Shown here: positions 44,690-53,932 of the stretch, one piece after another
Layout of the letters: every line of letters begins with the position of its first letter
Numbering within the stretch: position 1 is the first letter of the stretch
NCBI GenBank assembly: GCA_046758385.1
Contig: JBHIAB010000002.1
Coordinates: 1-53,932, forward strand
DNA length: 53,932 bases
Origin: Candidatus Methylomirabilia bacterium
GTDB taxonomy: Bacteria > Methylomirabilota > Methylomirabilia > Rokubacteriales > CSP1-6
Direction: 5' to 3'
The notes under the pieces: model-generated
What the model saw: only the letters and a program-made list of their open reading frames with translations
Told to the model about the DNA's origin: nothing
Database searches by the model: none
Program-made: the position numbers and the translations under genes

Positions 44690-45454
44690 ATGAGACTGAA
44701 GAACAAGATCGCCATCGTCACGGGCGGCGGCACAGGCATTGGCCGGGCGATTGCCTTCATGTTCGGACGGGAAGGGGCCACCGTGGTAGTGAATGGCCGC
44801 CGTCCCGGACCCATCGAGGCGGTCGCCAAGCAGATCTCGACGACGGGAGGACGTGCACTGGCAGTCCCCGGGGACATGATCGAGGTCGCCGACATCCAGC
44901 GCCTGGTCCGGACTGCCGTGGATACCTACGGGCAGCTCGACGTCCTGGTGAACAATGCCGGCATGATCGCCTCTCGCACCCCGGCGGGCGAGTGCACCGA
45001 GGAGGAGTGGCAGAAGATGCTCGAGGGTAACCTCACCAGCGTCTTCCTCTGCTCGAAGTACGTGCTCGCGGACCTCATCCGGGCCAGGGGGAACATCGTC
45101 AACATCGCCTCCATGGCCGGGCTCAAGGGCACGCGGAGCCGGGCTGGGTACGGGGCAGCCAAGGGCGGCGTGGTCATCCTGACCAAGGAGATGGCGCTCG
45201 ACTACGCCCGGCACGGGGTCCGGGTCAATGCCATCTGCCCCGCCTTCGTCGAGACGGACATCAACCGGGACTTCCTGGCGGAACTCAAGCAGACCCGGCA
45301 GTACGAGGAGCTGCTGAAGCGCCACCCGCTGGGGTTCCTCGGCGACCCGGACGATGTTGCCCACGCCGCGGTGTACCTGGCCAGCGATGAGGCGCGCTGG
45401 GTGACAGGTGTTGCCCTCCCCGTGGACGGCGGGATGGGCGCAGGCGTGGCGTAA
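44690..45454 (+). CDS. classical SDR oxidoreductase
   Basis: TGGGTGIG, NNAG, YGAAK, NAICP and VDGG. Confidence 0.93.
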   Translation: MRLKNKIAIVTGGGTGIGRAIAFMFGREGATVVVNGRRPGPIEAVAKQISTTGGRALAVPGDMIEVADIQRLVRTAVDTYGQLDVLVNNAGMIASRTPAGECTEEEWQKMLEGNLTSVFLCSKYVLADLIRARGNIVNIASMAGLKGTRSRAGYGAAKGGVVILTKEMALDYARHGVRVNAICPAFVETDINRDFLAELKQTRQYEELLKRHPLGFLGDPDDVAHAAVYLASDEARWVTGVALPVDGGMGAGVA

Positions 45455-45461
45455 AACACGC

Positions 45462-46391
45462 TTAGCCGAGGCCGCCGCGGAGCCGCGGGTCGGTTTCGTC
45501 GCGGACCGAGTCCCCGAGCAGATTGAGCCCGAAGACCGCAAGGCTGATCGCCAGCCCGGGGAAGAACACGATCCAGGGCGCCCGCTCGAGCGAATCGAGG
45601 CCGGCCGAGAGCATGGTTCCCCAGGAGGGCTCGTCGGCCGGCGCCCCGAGGCCCAGGAAGGAGAGCGCGGCCTCCACCACGATCGCGTAGGCGAGGTTCA
45701 GGGTGACGAGGACGATGTAGGTGGCGAAGCTATTCGGCACAATGTGGAGCAGAATGACTCGCCAGTGCGAGCACCCGGCTGCGAGCGCCGCCTCGACGAA
45801 GGGACGCTCCTTGATACTGAGCGCGACCGAGCGGAGCGTGCGTGCGGCGGTGGGGGCCAGCAGCACGGTTAAGGCTAAGATCACGTTGTTCACCGACTGG
45901 CCCAGTGCGGCCATGAGCGATAGCGCCAGGATGATCGGCGGCAGCGACATGAGCGTATCCACGACCCGTTGGCTCAGGGTGTCTGCCGGCCCCCCGAAGT
46001 AAGCAGTGGCGACGCCCCAGAGGGCCCCCAGGGTGATCCCCAGGAAGGCCGAGGCCAGCCCGACGTAGAGCGATAGCCGGGCGCCCCAGATGACGCGACT
46101 CAGGATGTCGCGCCCCAGGTGATCGGTCCCGAGGGGGAACTCTGCGCTCGGCGCGAGGTAGTTGTCGAAGCTGACGTCCTTGGGCCCATAGGGGGCGAGC
46201 ACCGGGGCGAAGACAGCCACGGTGACAAGCGCGAAAACAATGACGCCCCCCACGGCGCCGAGCGGCTGCCGGGCGGCAAAGCGAAGGAGCGCCCGCGCAA
46301 CCCCGGGACGCGCCCGCGGCACCTCCAAGCCCAGCGCCGCAGACGGGCTGGCGGGCGGGGCGCCGACGAAGCTGGCTCGAGCCCGGGCCAT
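45462..46391 (-). CDS. peptide/nickel ABC transporter permease (DppC-like)
   Basis: ATG at 46391 overlaps the dppB-like stop. PLGTDHLGRDILSR, EAALAAG and EPSWG. Confidence 0.92.
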   Translation of the reverse strand: MARARASFVGAPPASPSAALGLEVPRARPGVARALLRFAARQPLGAVGGVIVFALVTVAVFAPVLAPYGPKDVSFDNYLAPSAEFPLGTDHLGRDILSRVIWGARLSLYVGLASAFLGITLGALWGVATAYFGGPADTLSQRVVDTLMSLPPIILALSLMAALGQSVNNVILALTVLLAPTAARTLRSVALSIKERPFVEAALAAGCSHWRVILLHIVPNSFATYIVLVTLNLAYAIVVEAALSFLGLGAPADEPSWGTMLSAGLDSLERAPWIVFFPGLAISLAVFGLNLLGDSVRDETDPRLRGGLG

Positions 46392-47353
46392 CAGGCGTAC
46401 CGGATCCTGGGATCCAGCCAGGCGTAGAGCAGGTCCACCACCAGGTTGATCATCAGGAATACCAACGCCATGATGAAGATGATGGCCTGCACCGTGGGGT
46501 AGTCCCGGTGCTGGACCGCCTCGATAAGCCCCGTGCCCATGCCGGGGACGGCGAAGATGATCTCCATAACCACGATGCCACCCAGGAGCCGCCCTCCCCA
46601 CCAGCCCACGAAGGTCACCACTGGCAGCAAGGAGTTGCGAAGGGCGTGGCTGTAAACGACCGCACGTTCCCCGAGCCCCTTGGCTCGGGCGGTCCGCACG
46701 TAGTCCTCCCGAATCACCTCGAGCATCTGGGAGCGTGTGAGTCGCGTGATCGGGGCACTGATGTAGTACGCCTGGACGAGGGCGGGCCAGATGAGCTGCT
46801 TGAGGTTCTCGGCAGGGTTCTCGAAGAGACCGTGATATTCGAGCGGCGGAAGCCACCGGAAGAACCGGACGAGGCTGTAGATGATCAGGATGCCGGTGAA
46901 GTAGATCGGCATGCTGAGCCCGCTGATGCTGACGACGCGCACCAGGTAGTCACGCCAGCTGTTCTGGTACACGGCCGAGACCACGCCGAACGGAACCGCG
47001 AAGAGGACGGCCACGATCACGGTCATGATCGCGAGCTGCATCGAAACCGGGAAACGCTCGCGCACGATCTGCATCACCGGTCGGTCCTGCCAGTAGGAGT
47101 AGCCGAAATCGCCCTGCGCCGCCTTGACCAGCCACATCACATACTGGACAGGGACGGGGCGGTCGAGGCTGAGTTCGTGGCGGATCTGCTGGATCTGCTG
47201 CTCCTGGACTTCGCTAAACTCGGTGCCCGCCTCGTAGACCAGGATCTCGGCGATGTCACCGGGAACGAGGCGCATCAGCACGAAGATCAAGAGGGAGGCG
47301 CCGAAGAGCGAGGGTACGAAGAGCAGCAGGCGTCGCAGGACATGCTTCTGCAT
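46391..47353 (-). CDS. peptide/nickel ABC transporter permease (DppB-like)
   Basis: GDFGYSY, DYVRTARAKG, HALRN and RDYP. Confidence 0.93.
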   Translation of the reverse strand: MQKHVLRRLLLFVPSLFGASLLIFVLMRLVPGDIAEILVYEAGTEFSEVQEQQIQQIRHELSLDRPVPVQYVMWLVKAAQGDFGYSYWQDRPVMQIVRERFPVSMQLAIMTVIVAVLFAVPFGVVSAVYQNSWRDYLVRVVSISGLSMPIYFTGILIIYSLVRFFRWLPPLEYHGLFENPAENLKQLIWPALVQAYYISAPITRLTRSQMLEVIREDYVRTARAKGLGERAVVYSHALRNSLLPVVTFVGWWGGRLLGGIVVMEIIFAVPGMGTGLIEAVQHRDYPTVQAIIFIMALVFLMINLVVDLLYAWLDPRIRYA

Positions 47354-47376
47354 CGTGAGTCGTCAGACCACTGACC

Positions 47377-47403
47377 CGGAGGGCCCCTCAACGGGGCCCT
47401 CCG
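47377..47403. other. intercistronic stem-loop after the substrate-binding protein gene
   Basis: CGGAGGGCCCC-TCAAC-GGGGCCCTCCG, a perfect 11-bp stem. Confidence 0.6.
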
Positions 47404-47431
47404 CGAGGACGGGTACTGCTCGTTGGCCTCC

Positions 47432-49033
47432 CTACTTCTTCAGCCACACCTTCATGAAGGTGCTGTTGTCATAGATGGTATTGGCAGGCTTGTAGTTCTG
47501 CACCCGCTTGTCCTTGAAGAACCACCCCTCCACCCAGGCGATGGGGATTGCGCCGCTGTCCTGGGTGAGGATGTAGCGCTGAAGCTCGTGGTAGATCTTC
47601 ACGCGCTTGGCGTGATCTCGCTCCCGGAGCCCCTTCGCCGCCAGCTCGTCGATCTTGGGGTCGGAAAACTTCTCCCAGTTCCGCCCCGCCTTGGTCGTGT
47701 AGAGGATGCTAAACGCGCTCGAGGGATCCGCGACCACCATGGCCGTGTCCTGGGTGCCGATCATGGTGAAGGCACCCTTCCCGTAGACCCCGTAGCCCGC
47801 GGCGCTCTCATAGGTCTTGAGTTTCCCGCGGATACCGATCTTGCGGAGCCCGGCGAGCACCAGCTGGACCCGGTCGACGTAGTTGCCCACCGTGCGCACG
47901 ACCACATCGATATCGAGGCCTCCCGGATAGTGCTTCTCCACCAGGCGCTTCGCCTCGGCGATGTCGTCGGCCTTCTTGTCCTGGCGGCAGCCGGGGATCT
48001 TCTGCACCTCCTCGAGCGGGAGGGCGTAGTCCCCGACCAGCTTGGGGTCGAGAACCGTGCAGGGGGCGCCCGCGCCCTCGAGCCCCTTGGCGACCAGCGC
48101 GGCGCGGTCCAGCCCCAGGTGCACCGCGCGACGAATGTCCTTGTTGTTGAACGGAGGCTTCGTGGCGTTCATGTGCACCATCCAGAGCACATTGATGGGC
48201 CACCGATAAAGCTCGATAGTGTCACCACGGGCCCGCTTGAGCTCATCGGCTACGGTCTTCGACATCGGCGGCCAGGTGTCCCAGAGCATCACCCTGCCGG
48301 CCTTGGCCGCGGCGAGCATCGTCGCCTTCCCCTTGAGGACGAACTGCTTCACCCCGTCGAGATATGGGAGCCCCTTGATGAAGTAGTCGGGGTTCCGCTC
48401 CCACTCGATGACGCTCCCCCGGGTGTATTTCTTGAACTTGAACGGACCGGTGCCGATCTGAGCCTCGGGCTTTTTTAGATCGCCGTACTTGTCGAGGACG
48501 TGCTTGGGGACGATCCGGCACCAGGCCGACGCGATCGAGGGAATGAACGGGGCCGCGGGAAACTTGAGCCGGATCTGGATCGTGTGAGAGTCGGGCGCCT
48601 CGACGCCTGCGACCAGGGGCTTGAGCATCGCCCCGCAGCGCGGGCTCCTGAACTTGGGGTTGAGCACCCGGTCCAGCGAGGTCTTCACGTCCGCCGAGGT
48701 GAAGGGCTTGCCGTCGTGCCACTTCACTCCCTTGCGGAGGTGGAAGGTGTAGGTGAGGCCGTCGGCCGAAGCCTCGTAGCGCTCAGCAAGGTCCGGGATG
48801 ATCTTGGTCGGGTCATCGGGGTTATACTGCAGGAGGCTGCTGTAGATCCCTGCTACAGCCTGCTGGACGCCGAGGGGCGACTCGCTGTGGATGTCGAGGC
48901 GCGCGGGGTCGGCGTAGTCAAACCAGGTGAGGACTCCGCCGTACTGGGGCTTCTCAGCGGCGGCTACGCCGCCGGAGGCTAGCACCACCACGAGTGCGGA
49001 GATCACCCCCAGAGCGATTGTGAGCTTCTTCAT
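47432..49033 (-). CDS. family 5 ABC substrate-binding protein
   Basis: Sec signal, PDLAERYE.S.DG.TYTFHLRKGVKWHDG, IGTGPFK and NPDYF. Confidence 0.93.
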   Translation of the reverse strand: MKKLTIALGVISALVVVLASGGVAAAEKPQYGGVLTWFDYADPARLDIHSESPLGVQQAVAGIYSSLLQYNPDDPTKIIPDLAERYEASADGLTYTFHLRKGVKWHDGKPFTSADVKTSLDRVLNPKFRSPRCGAMLKPLVAGVEAPDSHTIQIRLKFPAAPFIPSIASAWCRIVPKHVLDKYGDLKKPEAQIGTGPFKFKKYTRGSVIEWERNPDYFIKGLPYLDGVKQFVLKGKATMLAAAKAGRVMLWDTWPPMSKTVADELKRARGDTIELYRWPINVLWMVHMNATKPPFNNKDIRRAVHLGLDRAALVAKGLEGAGAPCTVLDPKLVGDYALPLEEVQKIPGCRQDKKADDIAEAKRLVEKHYPGGLDIDVVVRTVGNYVDRVQLVLAGLRKIGIRGKLKTYESAAGYGVYGKGAFTMIGTQDTAMVVADPSSAFSILYTTKAGRNWEKFSDPKIDELAAKGLRERDHAKRVKIYHELQRYILTQDSGAIPIAWVEGWFFKDKRVQNYKPANTIYDNSTFMKVWLKK

Positions 49034-49350
49034 CACGGGGTCCTCCTCCGATGTGGGTTAAGGTTCCTCGCCCCAACTGCCGGTCCCTCTCAGTTCGGAC
49101 CGTTCGGCCAGCGCCCCGCCGGACCAGCCCGCCGTTCAGGTTGCCCGCCAGGGCAGCCGCTCGATGGGCCCGAGGATAGGCCCGAAGGGGCCCCTCGTCA
49201 AGTAGCCCAGTCTTTCTCCGCTGAGCCGGCGACCCACGGCCGACGCAGGATGGTGTAGCGACCGGGAGCCCGTCCTGGTACAATAGCGACCCACGGCAAG
49301 GCAGGAGGAGTCGTAGTCGGACACACGGTGAAGATCTCCGAGGAGAAGCG

Positions 49351-50040
49351 ATGAAAGCCAAGGATATTATGACAACCAAGGTGGTAAGCGTGAGGCGCGA
49401 CACCCCGGTCAACGAGATCGCGACCCTGCTCCTCGATCGGCACATCAGCGGCGTGCCGGTTACCGATGCGGAGGGCCACGTGCTGGGAGTCGTCACGGAG
49501 GGCGATTTGATCCAACGGGCCGAGGCCCCGCCACGCCGCTCCTGGTGGCTGGCCTTCTTCTCGGACGCCGACGTCATGGCACGGGAGTTTGTCAAATCCC
49601 ACGGGCTCAAAGCCTGGGACGTCATGACCAAGGAGGTCCTCACAGTCACCGAGGACACTTCTCTCGCGGACATCGCCCGGCTCCTCGAGGAGAAGCGAAT
49701 CAAGCGGGTCCCGGTGGTTCGGGACGGACACCTCGTCGGCATCGTCAGCCGGGCAGACGTGATCAGAGCGCTCGCCGCGCGGGGGGTCGAGCCGGCGCCG
49801 CCGGAGGCCAAAGAGGATGAAACCATCAGGAAGCAGCTCCTGGAGGCTCTCAGGCGCGAGCCATGGGCAGACACCCATCTGCTCAACATTGTGGTGGACC
49901 GGGGGATCGTTCACATCTGGGGCCTGGTCCGATCTCCCAACGAGCGCCGGGCTCTCCGTGTGGCCGCCGAGAACATCCCCGCCGTTCGGCATGTGAGTGA
50001 CCACACGGTCTTGTGGGAGGACGTACCGCCGGGGGTGTGA
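49351..50040 (+). CDS. CBS-pair plus BON domain protein
   Basis: Two CBS repeats (ISGVPV...GVVTEGDL; IKRVPV...GIVSRAD) and a C-terminal BON domain (GIVHIWG). SD GGAGAAG. Confidence 0.92.
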   Translation: MKAKDIMTTKVVSVRRDTPVNEIATLLLDRHISGVPVTDAEGHVLGVVTEGDLIQRAEAPPRRSWWLAFFSDADVMAREFVKSHGLKAWDVMTKEVLTVTEDTSLADIARLLEEKRIKRVPVVRDGHLVGIVSRADVIRALAARGVEPAPPEAKEDETIRKQLLEALRREPWADTHLLNIVVDRGIVHIWGLVRSPNERRALRVAAENIPAVRHVSDHTVLWEDVPPGV

Positions 50041-50223
50041 CCGGAGGAGCCTCGTTCCGAGACGCCGAGCCCGATCCCGCGCTCCGGGTCAGTTCATGCC
50101 AGCCTAAGGCCGCGTTGCACTGATCTCACAACTCTTTGGCTGCCCAGAGAGCGTAGTAAACATACCAGGCATTCTCAGGGCCTCCTGGAGAAACAACCAA
50201 GGGAGAGCGCCGTCCCTCCTCTT

Positions 50224-50285
50224 GGGGAGGCTGCGGAGAGCGCGAGCCAGCGGCGAGCGTAGGGGGGGCGGAGCCCCCCTCCGAG
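50224..50285. repeat. REP-like palindrome, copy 3
   Basis: GGGGAGGCTGCGG...AGGGGGGGCGGAGCCCCCCTCCGAG, just upstream of the next gene. Confidence 0.7.
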
Positions 50286-50304
50286 GGAGAAGGAGCGGAA
50301 GAGG

Positions 50305-51477
50305 GTGAAAGCTCACATTGTCATCATCGGTGGAGGAGCGACCGGCACCAGCATCGCCTACCATCTGGCCAAGCGGGGAGTCCGCGATGTGATCGTCCTC
50401 GAGAAACACTTCCTGGCCTCGGGCGGCACCGGGAAGAGCTCGGCGTGCGTCCGGCAACACTACTCCACCGAGGAGACGTGCCGAATGGTCCTCAAATCTC
50501 TCCGGTTCTTCGAGCAGTTCGAAGAGCTGACCGGGGGGCGGACCGCATCCTTTGTGAGGACGGGCTACCTCCTAGGCGTGGATGATCGGCTCCGCCGACA
50601 GATGGAGGCCTCGGTGGCGCTCCAGCAGTCGGTGGGGATCAACGTCAGGCTCGTCTGTCCGGATGAGATGCGTGAGCTCGAGCCGCGGCTCCGGACCGAT
50701 GACCTCCTGGTGGGGTGCTACGAGCCCGACTCGGGGTATGCCGACCCCTCGCAAACGACGCAGGGCTACGCCGGCGCGGCGCGCGACCTCGGCGTCCGGA
50801 TCATGGAGCAGACCGAGGTGCTCGACGTCCTCGCCCGCGCAGATCGGCTTACGGGCGTGAAGACCAGCAAGGGCGAAATCGAAGCGCCTATCGTGGTCAA
50901 TGCCACCGGTACGTGGGGGGACCGAATCGGCAGGATGGTCGGCCTGGAGGTGCCGATCACGGTCTGCCGGCACAAGATCAACCTCATCGCCTGGCCCCAG
51001 GAGGCACGCCGCCCCCACCCACTGGTGTATGACTTCGTCACCAACATCTACACGCGCCCTGAGACCGGGGACCTCATTCTGGTAGGCGGGCTCGACTCCG
51101 AGGAGATGCACGATCGGGCTGATCCTGACGCGTATCAGGAAGGGGTCACCTTCGATGAGACCCTGGATGCATTGGGCCGGGCCGCGACGCGCTTTCCCGT
51201 GCTCGAGCACGGCAACGTGGCCAAAGGCTACGCCGGCTGCTTCGACGTAACGCCGGACTGGCACCCGATCCTGGATCAGGCCGGCCCGCAGGGACACTAC
51301 CTCGCGGTGGGCTTCTCGGGGCACGGCTTCAAGCTTTCCCCGGCAGTGGGGGAGATGATGGCCGAGCTGATCACCGAGGGTCCCCGCGCAGGGTCGGACA
51401 TCTCTGCCTTCCGCCTCTCCCGGTTTGCCGAGGGCAAGCCGATCCGTGGCACCTACGGCGACTGGCTCATGTGCTGA
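50305..51477 (+). CDS. FAD-dependent amine oxidase (sarcosine oxidase beta / DAO family)
   Basis: IGGGATG, ASGGTGKSS, TPDWHPIL and GFSGHGFK. Confidence 0.9.
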   Translation: MKAHIVIIGGGATGTSIAYHLAKRGVRDVIVLEKHFLASGGTGKSSACVRQHYSTEETCRMVLKSLRFFEQFEELTGGRTASFVRTGYLLGVDDRLRRQMEASVALQQSVGINVRLVCPDEMRELEPRLRTDDLLVGCYEPDSGYADPSQTTQGYAGAARDLGVRIMEQTEVLDVLARADRLTGVKTSKGEIEAPIVVNATGTWGDRIGRMVGLEVPITVCRHKINLIAWPQEARRPHPLVYDFVTNIYTRPETGDLILVGGLDSEEMHDRADPDAYQEGVTFDETLDALGRAATRFPVLEHGNVAKGYAGCFDVTPDWHPILDQAGPQGHYLAVGFSGHGFKLSPAVGEMMAELITEGPRAGSDISAFRLSRFAEGKPIRGTYGDWLMC

Positions 51478-51590
51478 GCGCGATTGTAACCGAGCGCCTC
51501 AGGCCCTCGAGCCCGGGCCCTCCTGAGGATCCGTCCGGGCGATGAGCCCCGGAGTGTCGCCGCAACACGAGAGCAATAAGGGCAGACTTC

Positions 51591-52841
51591 ATGGCCATCC
51601 GCACTGAAACCCTCGTCATCGGCGGCGGGGTCATCGGCGTCTGCTCCGCCTATTATCTGGCGCAGCAGGGGCGAGAGGTCACCGTTGTCGACAAAGGTGC
51701 GATCTGCTCCGGCTCTTCCTACGGGAATGCGGGGCTCATCGTGCCGAGCCACAGCGTGCCGCTGGCGGCGCCGGCCGTCCTGCTCAAAGGGCTCAGGTGG
51801 ATGCTGAATCCTGAGAGCCCGTTTTATATCAAGCCCCGGCTCGACCGGGATCTCATCTCGTGGCTCTGGAAGTTCCGCGGCGCCTGCAACGAGCGGCATG
51901 TCCGCCGGGCCATGCCGCTGATCCATGATCTGAGCCGCGCGAGCCTTGCGCTTTATCGCGAGCTGGCGGCCATCGAGGGACTCTCCTTCGGCTACCACCA
52001 GAACGGGCTCCTGACAGTGTTCCGAACAGAGCGAGGGCTCGAGGAGGCCAGAGAAGAGTCTCATCTGCTGGCGGAGGCAGGGGTTGCTGGGAAAATCCTG
52101 GATGCCGGCGGGGCGCGTGTGATGGAGCCCATGCTCTCGCCCGATGTGGTCGGCGGGCTGTTTTTCCCCGACGATGCGCATCTCACTCCCGATCGCTTTG
52201 TCAACGGCCTGGCCGAGATCGCCGAGCACATGGGGGTCCGTTTCCACCCCTCCACCGAGGTCCTGGGGTTCAGCAGGAGAGGCCGGAGGATCACGGCCGT
52301 TGAAACGACTCGGGGGGATTTCGAGACCGACGAAGTGGTCCTGACCGCGGGCTCATGGTCGTCGGAGATTGCGAGTGCCCTCGCCCTGAGTCTGCCGATC
52401 CAGCCCGCCAAGGGCTACAGCGTGACCCACCGCCGGCCCCGCCAGAGCCCGGCAGTGCCGCTGCTGCTCGCTGAGGCCCGCGTGGCCGTCACGCCCATGG
52501 GGGAGACGCTCCGCTTTGCCGGCACCCTGGAGCTGGCGGGCCTCGATCTCACAATCAACCGCAGGCGGGTCGACGCCATAAGGCGAGCCGCGGCCCGCTA
52601 CCTGACCGGCACCGAGGATCTCGAGACGATCGAGATCTGGCGGGGGTTGCGCCCCTGCACGCCCGACGGGTTGCCAATCATCGGGCGACCGGCCCAGCTT
52701 CAAAACCTGATCCTCGCCACCGGACATGCCACGATCGGGGTCTCGCTGGGGCCGATCACCGGCAAGCTGGTCTCCCAGCTCGCGGCTCACCAGGAGCCAA
52801 TGCTCAACCTGGGCCTCCTAGACCCGGGGAGATTCAAGTGA
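51591..52841 (+). CDS. D-amino acid dehydrogenase (DadA-like)
   Basis: IGGGVIG, SSYGNAG, PAKGYS, WRGLRPCTPDG and ATGH. Confidence 0.92.
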   Translation: MAIRTETLVIGGGVIGVCSAYYLAQQGREVTVVDKGAICSGSSYGNAGLIVPSHSVPLAAPAVLLKGLRWMLNPESPFYIKPRLDRDLISWLWKFRGACNERHVRRAMPLIHDLSRASLALYRELAAIEGLSFGYHQNGLLTVFRTERGLEEAREESHLLAEAGVAGKILDAGGARVMEPMLSPDVVGGLFFPDDAHLTPDRFVNGLAEIAEHMGVRFHPSTEVLGFSRRGRRITAVETTRGDFETDEVVLTAGSWSSEIASALALSLPIQPAKGYSVTHRRPRQSPAVPLLLAEARVAVTPMGETLRFAGTLELAGLDLTINRRRVDAIRRAAARYLTGTEDLETIEIWRGLRPCTPDGLPIIGRPAQLQNLILATGHATIGVSLGPITGKLVSQLAAHQEPMLNLGLLDPGRFK

Positions 52842-52852
52842 GGAAGACTGCC

Positions 52853-53824
52853 ATGAGCCTGCACGACCAACTGATTGTCTTCGATGGCCTGATCGTGTCC
52901 AACTGGGGGCCGGAGGTGTTCAAAGCGTTGCGCGCCGGAGGCATCACGGCGGTCAACGCCACCTGCGCGGTCTGGGAGAACGCCCGCCAGACCCTCGACA
53001 ACATCGCGCGGTGGCTCCAGTGGTTCGACCACCACACGGACCTGATCACGCCGGTGCGGCGGGCCGATGACATCGCCGCTGCCAAGGCAGCGGGGAAGAC
53101 GGGGATCGTCCTGGGCTTCCAGAACGGGAGCCCCATCGAGGACCGCCTCGACTACCTGGGCCTATTCAAGCAGCTCGGCGTCGGGATCATCCAGCTCACG
53201 TACAATACGCAGAACCTGATCGGAAGCGGCTGCTACGAGTCGCGCGATTCGGGGCTCTCCGACTTCGGGCGGGAGGTCATCGCCGAGATGAATCGTGTGG
53301 GCATCGCCGTCGACCTCTCGCACGTGGGGGTCAAGACGAGCGATGATGCCATCCGAGCCTCGCGGGACCCCGTGCTGTTTTCACACGTGCTGCCGAGCGA
53401 GCTGAAAACACACCCGCGCAACAAGGAGACCCGCCAGCTCAAGGCTGTCGCCGACCGGGACGGCCTCATCGGCGTCACCATGTTCCCGGCGTTCCTGCCG
53501 AAAGGCACCGCCTCAACCGTCGACGACTACGCCGAGATCATCGGGTGGATGGTCAACCAGTGCGGCGAGGACCACGTCGCCTACGGGACCGATTTCACGC
53601 AGGGCTACGACCGGCCATTCTTCGAGTGGCTCACCCGCGACAAAGGCTACGCGCGGACGCTCACCGAGTTCGGCGAGATCAAGAACCCCAGGGGGATCGA
53701 GCGGATCGAGGAGACGGCAAACCTCACGGCGGCGCTCGAGCGGCGCAAGTGGCCAGCCGCGCGCATCGAGAAGGTGATGGGCCTGAACTGGGTCGCCTAT
53801 CTAAGGCGGGTCTGGCACGACTGA
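52853..53824 (+). CDS. M19 membrane dipeptidase family protein, PA5396-like
   Basis: ATG at 52853. DGL, LGFQN, YNTQNL.G.GCYE, DLSHVG, HPRNK, GTDFTQG and FFEWLTRDKGYAR. Confidence 0.92.
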   Translation: MSLHDQLIVFDGLIVSNWGPEVFKALRAGGITAVNATCAVWENARQTLDNIARWLQWFDHHTDLITPVRRADDIAAAKAAGKTGIVLGFQNGSPIEDRLDYLGLFKQLGVGIIQLTYNTQNLIGSGCYESRDSGLSDFGREVIAEMNRVGIAVDLSHVGVKTSDDAIRASRDPVLFSHVLPSELKTHPRNKETRQLKAVADRDGLIGVTMFPAFLPKGTASTVDDYAEIIGWMVNQCGEDHVAYGTDFTQGYDRPFFEWLTRDKGYARTLTEFGEIKNPRGIERIEETANLTAALERRKWPAARIEKVMGLNWVAYLRRVWHD

Positions 53825-53826
53825 GA

Positions 53827-53857
53827 CCTCGGAGGGGGGCTCCGCCCCCCTCCGAGG
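53827..53857. repeat. REP-like palindrome, copy 4
   Basis: CCTCGGAGGGGGG-CTCCG-CCCCCCTCCGAGG, a perfect 13-bp stem 3 nt after the dipeptidase stop. Confidence 0.8.
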
Positions 53858-53932
53858 CAGCGAGGTCGCGCACCTCGGGGAGGGAAGCCAGAGGGCAATG
53901 TCTGGGAAGAGGACAATGATCCCGATGGCCAG

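Noticed and set aside
53898-53932. Start of a next gene at the window edge
   Set aside because: Too short to support, and it may belong to the repeat-rich spacer.
1-53932. CRISPR array, tRNA, rRNA, transposase or integrase
   Set aside because: No regularly spaced repeats, cloverleaf or rRNA signatures, and no DDE or tyrosine-recombinase motifs were seen.

Overview
This is high-GC bacterial chromosomal DNA. The gene style and GC-rich palindromic repeats suggest Candidatus Methylomirabilota/Rokubacteria, but that is inference only. Layout: (1) 55-12391 is a heteroaromatic-acid catabolic locus with a NitT/TauT ABC importer, amidohydrolase, xanthine-dehydrogenase-family Mo-hydroxylase resembling the 2-furoyl-CoA dehydrogenase HmfA clade, UbiD decarboxylase, MDR oxidoreductase, PaaK-like CoA ligase and CoxG. 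(2) 12610-22431 is a housekeeping block: recG-rsmD-coaD-aminotransferase-Clp1-like kinase, rpmB, zinicin and rel. (3) Inside it, at 18418-19744, is a probable self-regulated unit. A consensus sigma70 promoter overlapped by a perfect 10-bp inverted repeat drives an AbiEi_2-like regulator with no adjacent toxin. Two tandem Lys-rich microproteins (17 and 15 aa, missed by the ORF track) follow, each with a strong Shine-Dalgarno. This is the best candidate for an undescribed system. (4) About 22500-26700 is a defence-like island with an M.PvuII-like methyltransferase in frame with an unknown ORF across a single TAG, plus an unknown ORF paired with a truncated PIN protein. (5) 30286-31863 holds a degenerate attC site, vapBC and an aspartic protease. 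(6) 26784-45454 encodes acyl-CoA/alicyclic-ring beta-oxidation, followed by a peptide-type ABC system lacking ATPases, a CBS-BON protein and an amino-acid oxidase/dipeptidase cluster. There are several gene-deletion scars and a REP-like palindrome family. No rRNA, tRNA, CRISPR array, integrase or transposase was seen. All family assignments come from motif recognition and recall; no database searches were run.
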